In this document: positions 19,250 to 27,648 of the stretch, in pieces
How positions within the stretch are numbered: the stretch's first letter is position 1
Layout: every line of letters starts with the position of its first letter
NCBI GenBank assembly: GCA_036337435.1
Contig: JAYZEG010000053.1
Span: forward strand, 1 to 28,872
DNA from: Myxococcota bacterium
Lineage (GTDB): Bacteria > Myxococcota_A > Bradymonadia > UBA7976 > UBA1532
Reading direction: 5' to 3'
DNA length: 28,872 nt
Translations under genes and position numbers: made by a program
The notes under the pieces: generated by a model
Seen by the model: only the letters and a program-made list of their open reading frames with translations
Told to the model about the DNA's origin: nothing
The model's database searches: none

Positions 19250-22200
19250 ATGAAACAGCACAGAAACACAGATGCCAACAACGGGCTGGCTGGTCGATTT
19301 AAAGAGCGCGAGCTCATCAACAAAACTCTTGAGCGGCTTAATTCTGGCCAGCAACGTGGTGCGGCCATTATGATCTCCGGTTCGGCTGGTATTGGCAAAT
19401 CCAAACTGGTCGACAGTTTAAAGCGTGAAGTCCGGCAGCATGGCCATGCCATTCTAGAATGCGAATGCACGCCTAAGGATGACAGACCCAATGGTGTGTT
19501 CATCGAGCTTTTTGCGAGGGGGGCTCAACTGATCGTGGATGCTGGTGGAGACCCGACGCCACTCGAATCAGCTATCGACGTTTTGGCAGGGCTGCGAACC
19601 GGCAAACAGGTGACCGCGGCACGGTCTATTGGCGATGGGCTATATCTCAGAGAAACTGTGCGGAGGGCGCTGCTTGACGTTGTCACGCCAGCGATACCCG
19701 TCATTATCATCCGGGATCTGCATTGGGCCGACCAAACAACCATTACTATCATTCGATACCTGTTTGAAAACCTACTGACAGATCCCGCTTTTGAATGGAC
19801 GCCAACAGAGCGCGCCGTGAAGGCTTACGAGAGCGATAATTTCCGTGGTCTCGTGATCACATCATTCAGAGAAACCAGTGGCACTCAGTCATTAGTACAA
19901 CTGGCTGCTGAAACCAATGCCATCGAGCACATATCCCTCGCGGGTTTATCGAGGGCCGGGGTCAAAGAATTCCTCGTAGCAGATGAGGTTGTAGATAAGC
20001 TGGTTGAGGCTTCAAAAGGGGTTCCACAAAAACTGATCTCAATGATTCAGCACGCCTGCAATCCAAAACTACAACACGTGGGTTCAGCCCCGCCCGCGTT
20101 CTCTGAGGACCAATCGCGGCTTTTGGATATTCTCGCTGTTGTGGATAAGCCATGCTCCCAACGGCAGTTAGAAATTCTCGCGCCAAAAGTGAGTCGCCTA
20201 AAGGTTCTCCTGGAACACCTGACTCGTGAGGGCGTTCTGAGACGTGATTTGGTCAATGGCCGGCCGTCTTTTAGATTTTCGAACCACGGTGCCTCCGAAA
20301 GCTGGTACAACGGAATTCCGCTTGCGACTCAGAAAACACTCCATCAGCGGGTAGCGGACTTATACGCAGCCCAACTCGAATCAGAGCCCGAAATGGTTGC
20401 AAACCATTACTTAGCCGCTGGATTGCCGGCTGATGCCGTGCCCTACGCAATCGCCGCCTCCCATCGCCTTGAAGCAGCCCTCGCTCTGGAGCGCGCGGTC
20501 GAGCTGCTGGAGCAAGTCATCGGCGTAACTGATGGCGACCTGGAGACAGACCTGATCGATCGCCTGGCTAACCTATATGCTCAAGTCGACAACCCAAAAA
20601 AAGGGCGAGCGTATTTGACTTTATTGAAGAGCCGAAGGCCTGGCGACGCCTGTGAGATCGATGCGCGAACAATCAGGCTTCTGAATGTCCAGGGGCTCTA
20701 CGCTGAAGCTGAGAAATTGGCCACTGAGTCGATGGCGACCAACCCCGGGCCAGACCAAGAGCTCGTCCTGCTCGATCTCGGTGCCGATGCTGCCTACCGG
20801 CGCGGAGACTTAAAAGCGGCTGAGGCTCTCTGTCAAAATCAGAACAAACCATCCCTGATGAATCTAGTCTCTGACGCGGCTTTAGGTCTAAGAAACACAC
20901 TCGGTAAAGTATATCTCTTTCGGGAGGAGTTTGAATCTGCCAAGTGCCTGTTTCAACTAAACTTGAGGCTTGCGGAAACGTCGGACCTGCAGAGCCAGCA
21001 AGCAAAAGCACTCATCAATCTGGGCGTTGTTCAACTCCAGCAGGGTGACCCCGACAATGCATTAGACCATTTCGAAAAGGCGAGGCATCTAGCCCAGCTC
21101 AATGGCGATCTAGCCAATCTTTCGATCGCTCTCGAAAACTTGGCTGTACTCTATCATCGTCAACAAGCGTTCCGAAATGCGTTGCTGTTCTACCACCAAT
21201 CAACCGTTGCATCGCGTCGCATGGGTCGACGCCTTCAGCTCACGACGTCTGCGCTCAACCTCGCAGACTTGTATCTCATGGTTGGTGACATCGATAGAGC
21301 GCACAGGCTCGCTGACATTGCCAACGAGTATATACAAGCCAACAACCTACGCTTTCTCGAGAATCAACAGCTCATGCTGGCAGGAGATATCTCTCGGGCA
21401 TTGGGTCAACCTGAAAAGGCCGGCCAGCTCTATCGTGATGCGATTGCTCAAATCGACCGTGGAGAACAAACCAACCAACGATTAGGGTCTCTCCTTTGGG
21501 CTCATGCTGAACTTGATCTCGAACTCGAGCGGCTCGAGTCCGCTCAGTCGCTCATCGATCGGGCCCTCGCCCTGCCCTCCCTCACATCCGAATCCTTGGC
21601 GGTTCGCCTACGGATGACCCAAGGCGCTATTTACGCAGCCCAAGGTGAAGTCCCAAAGGCGATCATAGAACTCGAGGCAGCAGTCAGCGGTGCTGTGGAG
21701 GGTGAAGACAGGGAGGCGGTATGGCAAGCAAGGTATCGCCTTGCAACGGCGTACTGGTCAACCAACGATACTGAAGCGGCACGAACTCTCATGAGCCGCG
21801 CGCTGGAGGTCATCGAACGTGTGGCTGCCGAATTGCCATCGGAGCTGAGAAAAATTTACAGAGAGGCCCCCGTTCGCAAAGCGGTTCGAGACAGCCTAAG
21901 ATTACTCCGTGCCGGCATGCCGCAACCGGCGGCTGACAAGGCACTTGAACACGGTTCGGCCCGGCGACAACCGCCTGGGGAATATCGGTCAGCCTGGCTC
22001 GACCGATATCCTCATATCATCGGTCGGTCTCCAGCCCTGTTCCCGGTCTTTAAGGCACTGGATCGTGTTTCCGGCAGTGACAGTATGGTTCTCGTTAGGG
22101 GGGAGAGTGGAACCGGTAAAGAGTTGGTGGCTTGCGCGCTTCACGCACACTCCCAACGTCGTGATGGACCCTTCATCAAAGTCAACTGCGCAGCTTTCGT

Positions 22201-23149
22201 AGAATCCTTGCTACTCAGCGAATTGTTCGGACATGAAAAGGGTGCATTTACCGGAGCCGTTAATACAAAGAAGGGGCGGTTCGAACTCGCTCATGGTGGC
22301 ACTCTATTTCTCGATGAAATTGGAGATATTTCAGCCAATACCCAGGTCGCCCTACTGCGTGTACTCCAGGAAGGTGCTTTCGAACGCGTCGGCGGCCAAG
22401 AAACCATCTCTGTCGATGTTCGCGTCATTTGTGCCACTCATCGCAACTTGGAAAAAATGGTCAAGGAAGGAAGCTTCCGCGCCGACCTGTACTACAGACT
22501 TCGAGGCGTCATCATTGAGGTCCCTGCCCTTCGCGACCGTGCCACGGATATCCCTTTGCTGGTACAACATTTCCTCCGACGCGAACTTGCGCCCGACGGC
22601 ACGACGATCCACTTTGATCACAACGCGCTCGCGAGCCTATTCCAACACGATTGGCCTGGTAACATCCGAGAGTTAGAAAATGTGGTGAGGAGTGCGACAT
22701 TATTCGCAGATACAGGCACCGTCACCTTGCGAGAGTTGGGCCAGCTGGGAGACATCTTACCGGCCCCATCTGAAGCTGCCATAATGGCACTCACAGAGGC
22801 ACTCGCTGTCACTGACTCGCCCGAGTCTGCTAACCAGAGTGTCCATTTCACAGGACCATACTCAAACACGGACGATGGGGCAGCCAAAAGCTCTGTCGCT
22901 GCCCACGGGCCAAGCGAGGGCAGCGAATTTGAAGACTGGTTAGAAACGATGATCAACACGACTGGCAGCCTCTCCGAGCTCAAAAAACACATCGAATTCG
23001 AGGCTATCTCCGCAGCATTGCGGAAGGAAAAAGGTAACATTACCCGAGCAGCCAAACGTCTAGGTATAAAAAGGCCGCGACTTTCGCAAATCATTCATGC
23101 TAATATCGACCTAGGGTTGCTTAAAGAACAGCTTACGGATTCTGAATGA
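19250..23149 (+). CDS. Sigma-54 enhancer-binding protein with N-terminal STAND/AAA_16-type ATPase, TPR array and C-terminal Fis-type HTH
   Basis: Walker A GSAGIGKS (19379-19402) and IIIRDLHWAD; TPR-like helices (NTLGKVY, ALINLGVV, ALENLAVLY); GESGTGKE (22100-22123), GAFTGA (22241-22258), LFLDEIG, FRADLYYRL, WPGNIRELEN; HTH GNITRAAKRLGI. Confidence 0.93.
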   Translation: MKQHRNTDANNGLAGRFKERELINKTLERLNSGQQRGAAIMISGSAGIGKSKLVDSLKREVRQHGHAILECECTPKDDRPNGVFIELFARGAQLIVDAGGDPTPLESAIDVLAGLRTGKQVTAARSIGDGLYLRETVRRALLDVVTPAIPVIIIRDLHWADQTTITIIRYLFENLLTDPAFEWTPTERAVKAYESDNFRGLVITSFRETSGTQSLVQLAAETNAIEHISLAGLSRAGVKEFLVADEVVDKLVEASKGVPQKLISMIQHACNPKLQHVGSAPPAFSEDQSRLLDILAVVDKPCSQRQLEILAPKVSRLKVLLEHLTREGVLRRDLVNGRPSFRFSNHGASESWYNGIPLATQKTLHQRVADLYAAQLESEPEMVANHYLAAGLPADAVPYAIAASHRLEAALALERAVELLEQVIGVTDGDLETDLIDRLANLYAQVDNPKKGRAYLTLLKSRRPGDACEIDARTIRLLNVQGLYAEAEKLATESMATNPGPDQELVLLDLGADAAYRRGDLKAAEALCQNQNKPSLMNLVSDAALGLRNTLGKVYLFREEFESAKCLFQLNLRLAETSDLQSQQAKALINLGVVQLQQGDPDNALDHFEKARHLAQLNGDLANLSIALENLAVLYHRQQAFRNALLFYHQSTVASRRMGRRLQLTTSALNLADLYLMVGDIDRAHRLADIANEYIQANNLRFLENQQLMLAGDISRALGQPEKAGQLYRDAIAQIDRGEQTNQRLGSLLWAHAELDLELERLESAQSLIDRALALPSLTSESLAVRLRMTQGAIYAAQGEVPKAIIELEAAVSGAVEGEDREAVWQARYRLATAYWSTNDTEAARTLMSRALEVIERVAAELPSELRKIYREAPVRKAVRDSLRLLRAGMPQPAADKALEHGSARRQPPGEYRSAWLDRYPHIIGRSPALFPVFKALDRVSGSDSMVLVRGESGTGKELVACALHAHSQRRDGPFIKVNCAAFVESLLLSELFGHEKGAFTGAVNTKKGRFELAHGGTLFLDEIGDISANTQVALLRVLQEGAFERVGGQETISVDVRVICATHRNLEKMVKEGSFRADLYYRLRGVIIEVPALRDRATDIPLLVQHFLRRELAPDGTTIHFDHNALASLFQHDWPGNIRELENVVRSATLFADTGTVTLRELGQLGDILPAPSEAAIMALTEALAVTDSPESANQSVHFTGPYSNTDDGAAKSSVAAHGPSEGSEFEDWLETMINTTGSLSELKKHIEFEAISAALRKEKGNITRAAKRLGIKRPRLSQIIHANIDLGLLKEQLTDSE

Positions 23150-24165
23150 AATCGATAACCCTGATAGCCAGCCTTCTCCTACTCTGCGCTTGCGGTTCAG
23201 ATAACCAGACCAGTTTATCTGACTCACGGTCCAAAAACATTCCAGGCGCGGCGCACACATCCGCGCTCACTCTAACACCGAGTCTTGAAGTGTCTGGTGT
23301 GACTGACGTATTCAGCGTACTCAACGTAACCAGTCTTAAGTTCGATGCCGAGCTTTATGTGCTGCCGGTGGAATCTAATCGTTTTTTCGGCGGCGACGCC
23401 GTCGACATTCTCTTTGAACTCGATGCCAATGGGCAGACAACAATTACGCCGAGCAGAGAACTTATCCTGGGTGAATCGGGCGCGTACCGGGTTCTGCTGC
23501 GCGTACGTCAGTCAGACAACGGCCATTCACTCGACTTAGGGGGCATGTTGAGTGGTCCGATAGTATGGCAAATCAATGAGACGTTCCGGGAGCCAGCTCC
23601 GACAGCCGCCAGCGGCAATAAAATGGACATGGAACCGGCCCCAACCGCGGCCGACGAAAAGTGTGAACCCGCCCCGACAGCGGCAAGTGATGGACGCCAG
23701 GACGGCAGTGGAGACGACCCAGAAACCGATTGCGAGCCTGCGCCAACGGCCGCCGACGGCGAAGACGAAGGCACTACGCTCGAGCCAGCCCCGACGGCAG
23801 CCCGCGACGACGACGAGAGTGACATGGCGTCCGAGGCCGCACCCACTGCAGCGGAACCAGCCCCGACCGCTGCACGAACCAAGAAGGCGACGATCGAAAC
23901 ATTCGAGGTCGATTCCAATGGAGAGGATGACGCAACGCTGACCATTTCGTCGAGCCAGGAGTTTGAGTTTTATGCAGGCATTGCTGACATTCAAGCCAGT
24001 GATTCAACACTCGTTATCCGATGGGATGTTCGACAGTGGCTTCGCGCTCTGCTCTCCGAGCCCTTGGGGATAGATCCAGTCGATGCCTCCTTCACTGAGC
24101 TTGAAGCGCCAAGCCAAGGGCAATTTGTCGATAGTCCAAATGCCTTTGAGCTCGAAACTTTCTAG
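23146..24165 (+). CDS. Acidic lipoprotein with seven EPAPTAA peptide repeats
   Basis: MKSITLIASLLLLCAC lipoprotein signal (Cys16); ATGA overlap with the activator stop; repeats inserted between beta-rich segments. Confidence 0.85.
   Translation: MKSITLIASLLLLCACGSDNQTSLSDSRSKNIPGAAHTSALTLTPSLEVSGVTDVFSVLNVTSLKFDAELYVLPVESNRFFGGDAVDILFELDANGQTTITPSRELILGESGAYRVLLRVRQSDNGHSLDLGGMLSGPIVWQINETFREPAPTAASGNKMDMEPAPTAADEKCEPAPTAASDGRQDGSGDDPETDCEPAPTAADGEDEGTTLEPAPTAARDDDESDMASEAAPTAAEPAPTAARTKKATIETFEVDSNGEDDATLTISSSQEFEFYAGIADIQASDSTLVIRWDVRQWLRALLSEPLGIDPVDASFTELEAPSQGQFVDSPNAFELETF
23590..23874 (+). repeat. Seven dispersed heptapeptide repeats (6x EPAPTAA, 1x EAAPTAA) with variable, mostly acidic spacers
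   Basis: Copies start at 23590, 23632, 23665, 23734, 23782, 23833 and 23854; spacers are 7, 4, 16, 9, 10 and 0 aa; every copy has a different DNA sequence. Confidence 0.95.
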
Positions 24166-24222
24166 AACCATTTCATTCGACGCCATTCGCATTTTGGCGG
24201 TGGTCGCTGGAGTCGGAGTGTT

Positions 24223-25182
24223 ATGCTCGTTTCTTTGGGCGAATATTTAGTCGACCTCTTTGTCAAGCCGTCCTTAGACGCAGTGACCGATGAAATCACA
24301 GGTCTGATTGGTGGTTCACCTCTGAATATCGCAATCGCTGCCGCACGTTCTGGCAGCACATCGGGATTCATGTGCCCAATCTCATCAGACAGCTTCGGAC
24401 AGCGTGCCCTTAGCATACTTGCAGAAGAGTCCGTGAGCCAGCTCATTGCGCCGTGCGTGGCTGCACCCACGGCTATGGCGGTCATCGAGCTGAATGCCGA
24501 GGGTCAGCCGAGGTATACTTTCCATCGTGGGCGCACTGCAGACAGAGCTTTGTCGGCAGCGCAGCTCGTCGAGGCGATACCGTCTGATTGCCGATTTCTC
24601 CAGTTTGGGTCATTATGTCTCGCTCAGGATGCAGACTGGGCCAGTTGGCGTGCGGTGGTCCAGGAAGCAAGACGCCGGGGGGCGACCATCGGTCTCGATC
24701 CAAACGTCCGAACCGGGCTGATAGATGACCCAAATGACCACCGAGCCCGCTTTTCCCAAGCCCTCGGCCTATGCAATATACTGAAGCTCAGCGATGAGGA
24801 TTTCGAGCTCCTCGCACCCGACCAAAGCCCCGCGCAAACGATTCCATCCTGGATGCAACAACATCAAATCGATCTCGCCATCCTGACTAGCGGTTCAAAA
24901 CCGACCCATGCATGGCTTAAGTCCGGCCTTCACTTGCAGATGCAGCCACCACAAATAGGAGAAATCAAGGATACCGTCGGGGCCGGCGACACTTTCCAAG
25001 GGGCCGCGATGAGTTGGCTAAGCGATGCAGCCATTCACCCCAGTAAACTCACGGAAGAAACGCTGGCAAGGCTCCTTCAGTTCGCGCATGCCGCGGCAGC
25101 ACTCAATTGCCAACGCTCGGGCTGCAACCCGCCAACAAAAGCTGAAATTATCGACTTTCTGAAACGATACCCGTCACGGTAA
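24223..25182 (+). CDS. PfkB/ribokinase family carbohydrate kinase (fructokinase-like)
   Basis: LGEYLVD, GGSPLNIAIAAAR, DPNVR, LKLSDED and DTVGAGDTF; GGAG SD. Confidence 0.92.
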   Translation: MLVSLGEYLVDLFVKPSLDAVTDEITGLIGGSPLNIAIAAARSGSTSGFMCPISSDSFGQRALSILAEESVSQLIAPCVAAPTAMAVIELNAEGQPRYTFHRGRTADRALSAAQLVEAIPSDCRFLQFGSLCLAQDADWASWRAVVQEARRRGATIGLDPNVRTGLIDDPNDHRARFSQALGLCNILKLSDEDFELLAPDQSPAQTIPSWMQQHQIDLAILTSGSKPTHAWLKSGLHLQMQPPQIGEIKDTVGAGDTFQGAAMSWLSDAAIHPSKLTEETLARLLQFAHAAAALNCQRSGCNPPTKAEIIDFLKRYPSR

Positions 25183-26031
25183 AGCCCGCCTGGCAGATTC
25201 AAGAATCATTGGAGCCCTTCGCTTGATGTCGGCACAGTCAACTGAAGGCTCAATTCTGCGAGCGACAAACCAGCTTCGGAGTGGGTCCGGATTTATTTCG
25301 CTATTGACCGGCATCAGTAAGATGGCGTTGGTCGCAGCTAAGACACGCTCCTCAGTACGCCACTTAAGCTCGCCGACGATAACGTCCTCGCGTCGCTGAC
25401 CAACCAAGCGCGTAAAAACCCTTTGGACCAATTGGACTGCACCTTCTAGAATACCGTCAATCTGTACCGTGACACCCGGCTCGCCATCACCATCTTGGTC
25501 AAACACTCTTGGATCATCTGCTGTGTCCGGCAAAGCTTCAGTTCGGGGCCGAACCAGGTGAACGCCATGAACCTCAATGGCCTCACCAATAACGAAAGCA
25601 TCATCGTCCTCCATAACGACGCCTCGCTCAATCAATGGGATTGAATTCACAAATGCGGCTGGAATTCGAGTAATGACTTCTGAGACATCCGGTCGATAAA
25701 TTTCGATATAGCAGGTTTCATCTCTTGCGATCACACCGTCCAACGTTTCGATCAATTCAGTCCGCATGAAACCAATTGTTTCACTCACCTGGAGCCCAAA
25801 AGCAGGCAGCTCCGCGAACCCCGACATGACCTGAACCCGCTCCCAAACGCTCAATACGGATTCAGCAGTTCCCACAGCCCCATCACCGGCCGTGCCCATA
25901 TCGTGGCCATCGCGCAGCTGTGCATCGTAACTCGTCAGACCGCTACCGGACTCACTGGCACCACACGCAGCCAAGGACACCATGACAGCAACCAATAAGT
26001 ACCGACCAACCACCACATCCCCAACTTTCAT
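25174..26031 (-). CDS. Hypothetical lipoprotein with a DxDxDG-type Ca-binding-like loop
   Basis: Lipobox SLAAC-G; DQDGDGEPGVT; ATGA overlap with the upstream outer-membrane gene. Confidence 0.75.
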   Translation of the reverse strand: MKVGDVVVGRYLLVAVMVSLAACGASESGSGLTSYDAQLRDGHDMGTAGDGAVGTAESVLSVWERVQVMSGFAELPAFGLQVSETIGFMRTELIETLDGVIARDETCYIEIYRPDVSEVITRIPAAFVNSIPLIERGVVMEDDDAFVIGEAIEVHGVHLVRPRTEALPDTADDPRVFDQDGDGEPGVTVQIDGILEGAVQLVQRVFTRLVGQRREDVIVGELKWRTEERVLAATNAILLMPVNSEINPDPLRSWFVARRIEPSVDCADIKRRAPMILESARRALP

Positions 26032-27509
26032 AGTTCGATTCCCAATTGAAGCATGCCTGTCATCAAGTATCCTCGGTGACTATAACCGGGGAAGCCTGGG
26101 TTGTTGGTCTGTAAACCGAGACTATCCGAGTTCAGTCTGCCTGTCCGAAGATCTCGAGACTCTGGAAACTCGTCTAAAATTGGATCTTGCGCATCGGGCG
26201 ATTTTTTGTGACCCCTCTGTAGGAGGTGCTGATACTGAAGCCCGATTCCGATGCTGATGCGTCTGCGTTCAAGCCTGAAACGTCGCTGCCAACCCAGCTG
26301 CGTCCCAACTCTCGCTGAATCAACATAGTTGGTCCGACCTACCTGTCTTGGCACAGGGGTGGGGAAATAAGCCGCCCCAAGACCCAAGCTGCTGGCTCCA
26401 AACTCATATGCAAGACCCCCTTTTATGTCCACCGTATCAGACCAATTCCCAGCAGACTCCCCATGGCGATTCCTGTACCTGGACCAATCCGACCAAACCA
26501 AGTCACCGTAAATCGCAAGGGTGCCCGCGCCGATGTCCACAAGCGTGTCCAGTCCAATGCCAGCACGGAGTGGTTGATACAGAAAGACGAGGTCAAACCT
26601 TTGGTTAAGAAAGGTCTGACCCTCAGGGTAATCAAACTCCCAGAACCGAAGCTGACCCCGCCCGGTCAGACGGCTCTCTGATGGCCCATGGACGGTCATG
26701 CTGAACGTCACCGGATAGCCCGTAAACGGGTGTACATTAATCGAGCCGAAAGGAGCCAACGTTGGAACCACCTCGATCTGCGCGTTGGTTAACGTCCGTT
26801 CTTGGTCACCTGCATCCGGCACGTAAACTTGCGGCACGCTTCTCGAATGATTAGCGAGGCTCACTCCACCGCCCACACTAAGCCAAGATCCAAGGCGATA
26901 AGTCGCGGCCAGTGCGACCGTACTCGACTCTAACCTGTCCCTGTATAGCTCAGGATATAGACGTCCATCAAAAAACTGACTTCGCTCATCGACAAAGAAC
27001 GGTCGCTGTGTCTGAAGCAGGCCAACAGGGAGTGTGGCAACCAAGGCAACGCCAAGCGAGTCGACGACGATCGGCGCGCTCAAACCGAGAACGAGAGTCT
27101 CCGTCCGCTGCGCGAGTGCATCTGTCCGGCGTCTGTTATACGGGAGCTCACTTGTTGCCACAGGCTTTACCCTGTCCAAGCCGTCATAATCATCCACGGC
27201 TCGTGAACGATAGACCGAATGAGCCACATCATAGCCATCTGGCCGATCGTCGAATTTAATTGAGTGCGATTGATAAAGGCTGACTATCGCTGCCGACATA
27301 CGCAATCGGTCGAGAGGAATGCGGGCGGGGTGAAAATATGGGGTCGCTGTGCCGGCCCCCAACGAACGAGCCGCAAATGGTTTATCCACGGAGTCTAATT
27401 GAAGTCGCTCAAGGAATGGACTTCCATGGGCTTTCCCAAAGACGCAACACATGACTCCACAAAGAGTCAGGAGCCCTGTCGAACTAATCTTTGGAACCTT
27501 AAGCCACAT
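26028..27509 (-). CDS. Outer-membrane beta-barrel, FadL/OmpP1/TodX-like
   Basis: Signal peptide; YFHPA (resembles the FadL hatch 'YxNPA'); alternating amphipathic strands (WLSVGGGVS, IKGGLAYEF, YFPTPVP..Q...TNYVD); C-terminal strand MLQLGIEL. Confidence 0.7.
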   Translation of the reverse strand: MWLKVPKISSTGLLTLCGVMCCVFGKAHGSPFLERLQLDSVDKPFAARSLGAGTATPYFHPARIPLDRLRMSAAIVSLYQSHSIKFDDRPDGYDVAHSVYRSRAVDDYDGLDRVKPVATSELPYNRRRTDALAQRTETLVLGLSAPIVVDSLGVALVATLPVGLLQTQRPFFVDERSQFFDGRLYPELYRDRLESSTVALAATYRLGSWLSVGGGVSLANHSRSVPQVYVPDAGDQERTLTNAQIEVVPTLAPFGSINVHPFTGYPVTFSMTVHGPSESRLTGRGQLRFWEFDYPEGQTFLNQRFDLVFLYQPLRAGIGLDTLVDIGAGTLAIYGDLVWSDWSRYRNRHGESAGNWSDTVDIKGGLAYEFGASSLGLGAAYFPTPVPRQVGRTNYVDSARVGTQLGWQRRFRLERRRISIGIGLQYQHLLQRGHKKSPDAQDPILDEFPESRDLRTGRLNSDSLGLQTNNPGFPGYSHRGYLMTGMLQLGIEL

Positions 27510-27517
27510 ACCGCAGC

Positions 27518-27546
27518 AGAATAGGTATCGGAAGACGTTACGGCAA
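27518..27546 (-). promoter_or_regulatory. Putative sigma70 promoter for the FadL-like gene
   Basis: Minus strand TTGCCG-N17-TATTCT ending 8 nt before the ATG at 27509. Confidence 0.45.
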
Positions 27547-27586
27547 GAGCGGAATTAACGGTTTTGGAAAAAGCGTGGCCAGAGAA

Positions 27587-27623
27587 GCCGCCGGTGGCTC
27601 ACAATCGAAATGCACCTGGCGGC
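27587..27623 (-). terminator. GC-rich stem-loop downstream of the DUF2934 gene, possible terminator
   Basis: On the minus strand GCCGCC(A)GGTG pairs with CACCGGCGGC around a 16-nt loop, followed by TTCTCT. The long loop and weak U-tract are atypical. Confidence 0.3.
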
Positions 27624-27648
27624 CGTCTAAGCCAATGTCTAAAGGAAC

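Noticed and set aside
19250..23149. Avs-type antiphage STAND defence system
   Set aside because: The output is a sigma-54 activator/HTH rather than a nuclease, TIR, SIR2 or protease, and the context is housekeeping rather than a defence island.
23590..23874. Repeat-spacer pattern as a CRISPR-like or DNA-level array
   Set aside because: Conservation is at the amino-acid level only, and all spacers are multiples of 3 nt inside an ORF.
23508..23994. Antisense and alternative-frame ORFs with AAVGAGS repeats
   Set aside because: Shadows of the EPAPTAA codons; the plus frame has the lipoprotein signal and the translational coupling.
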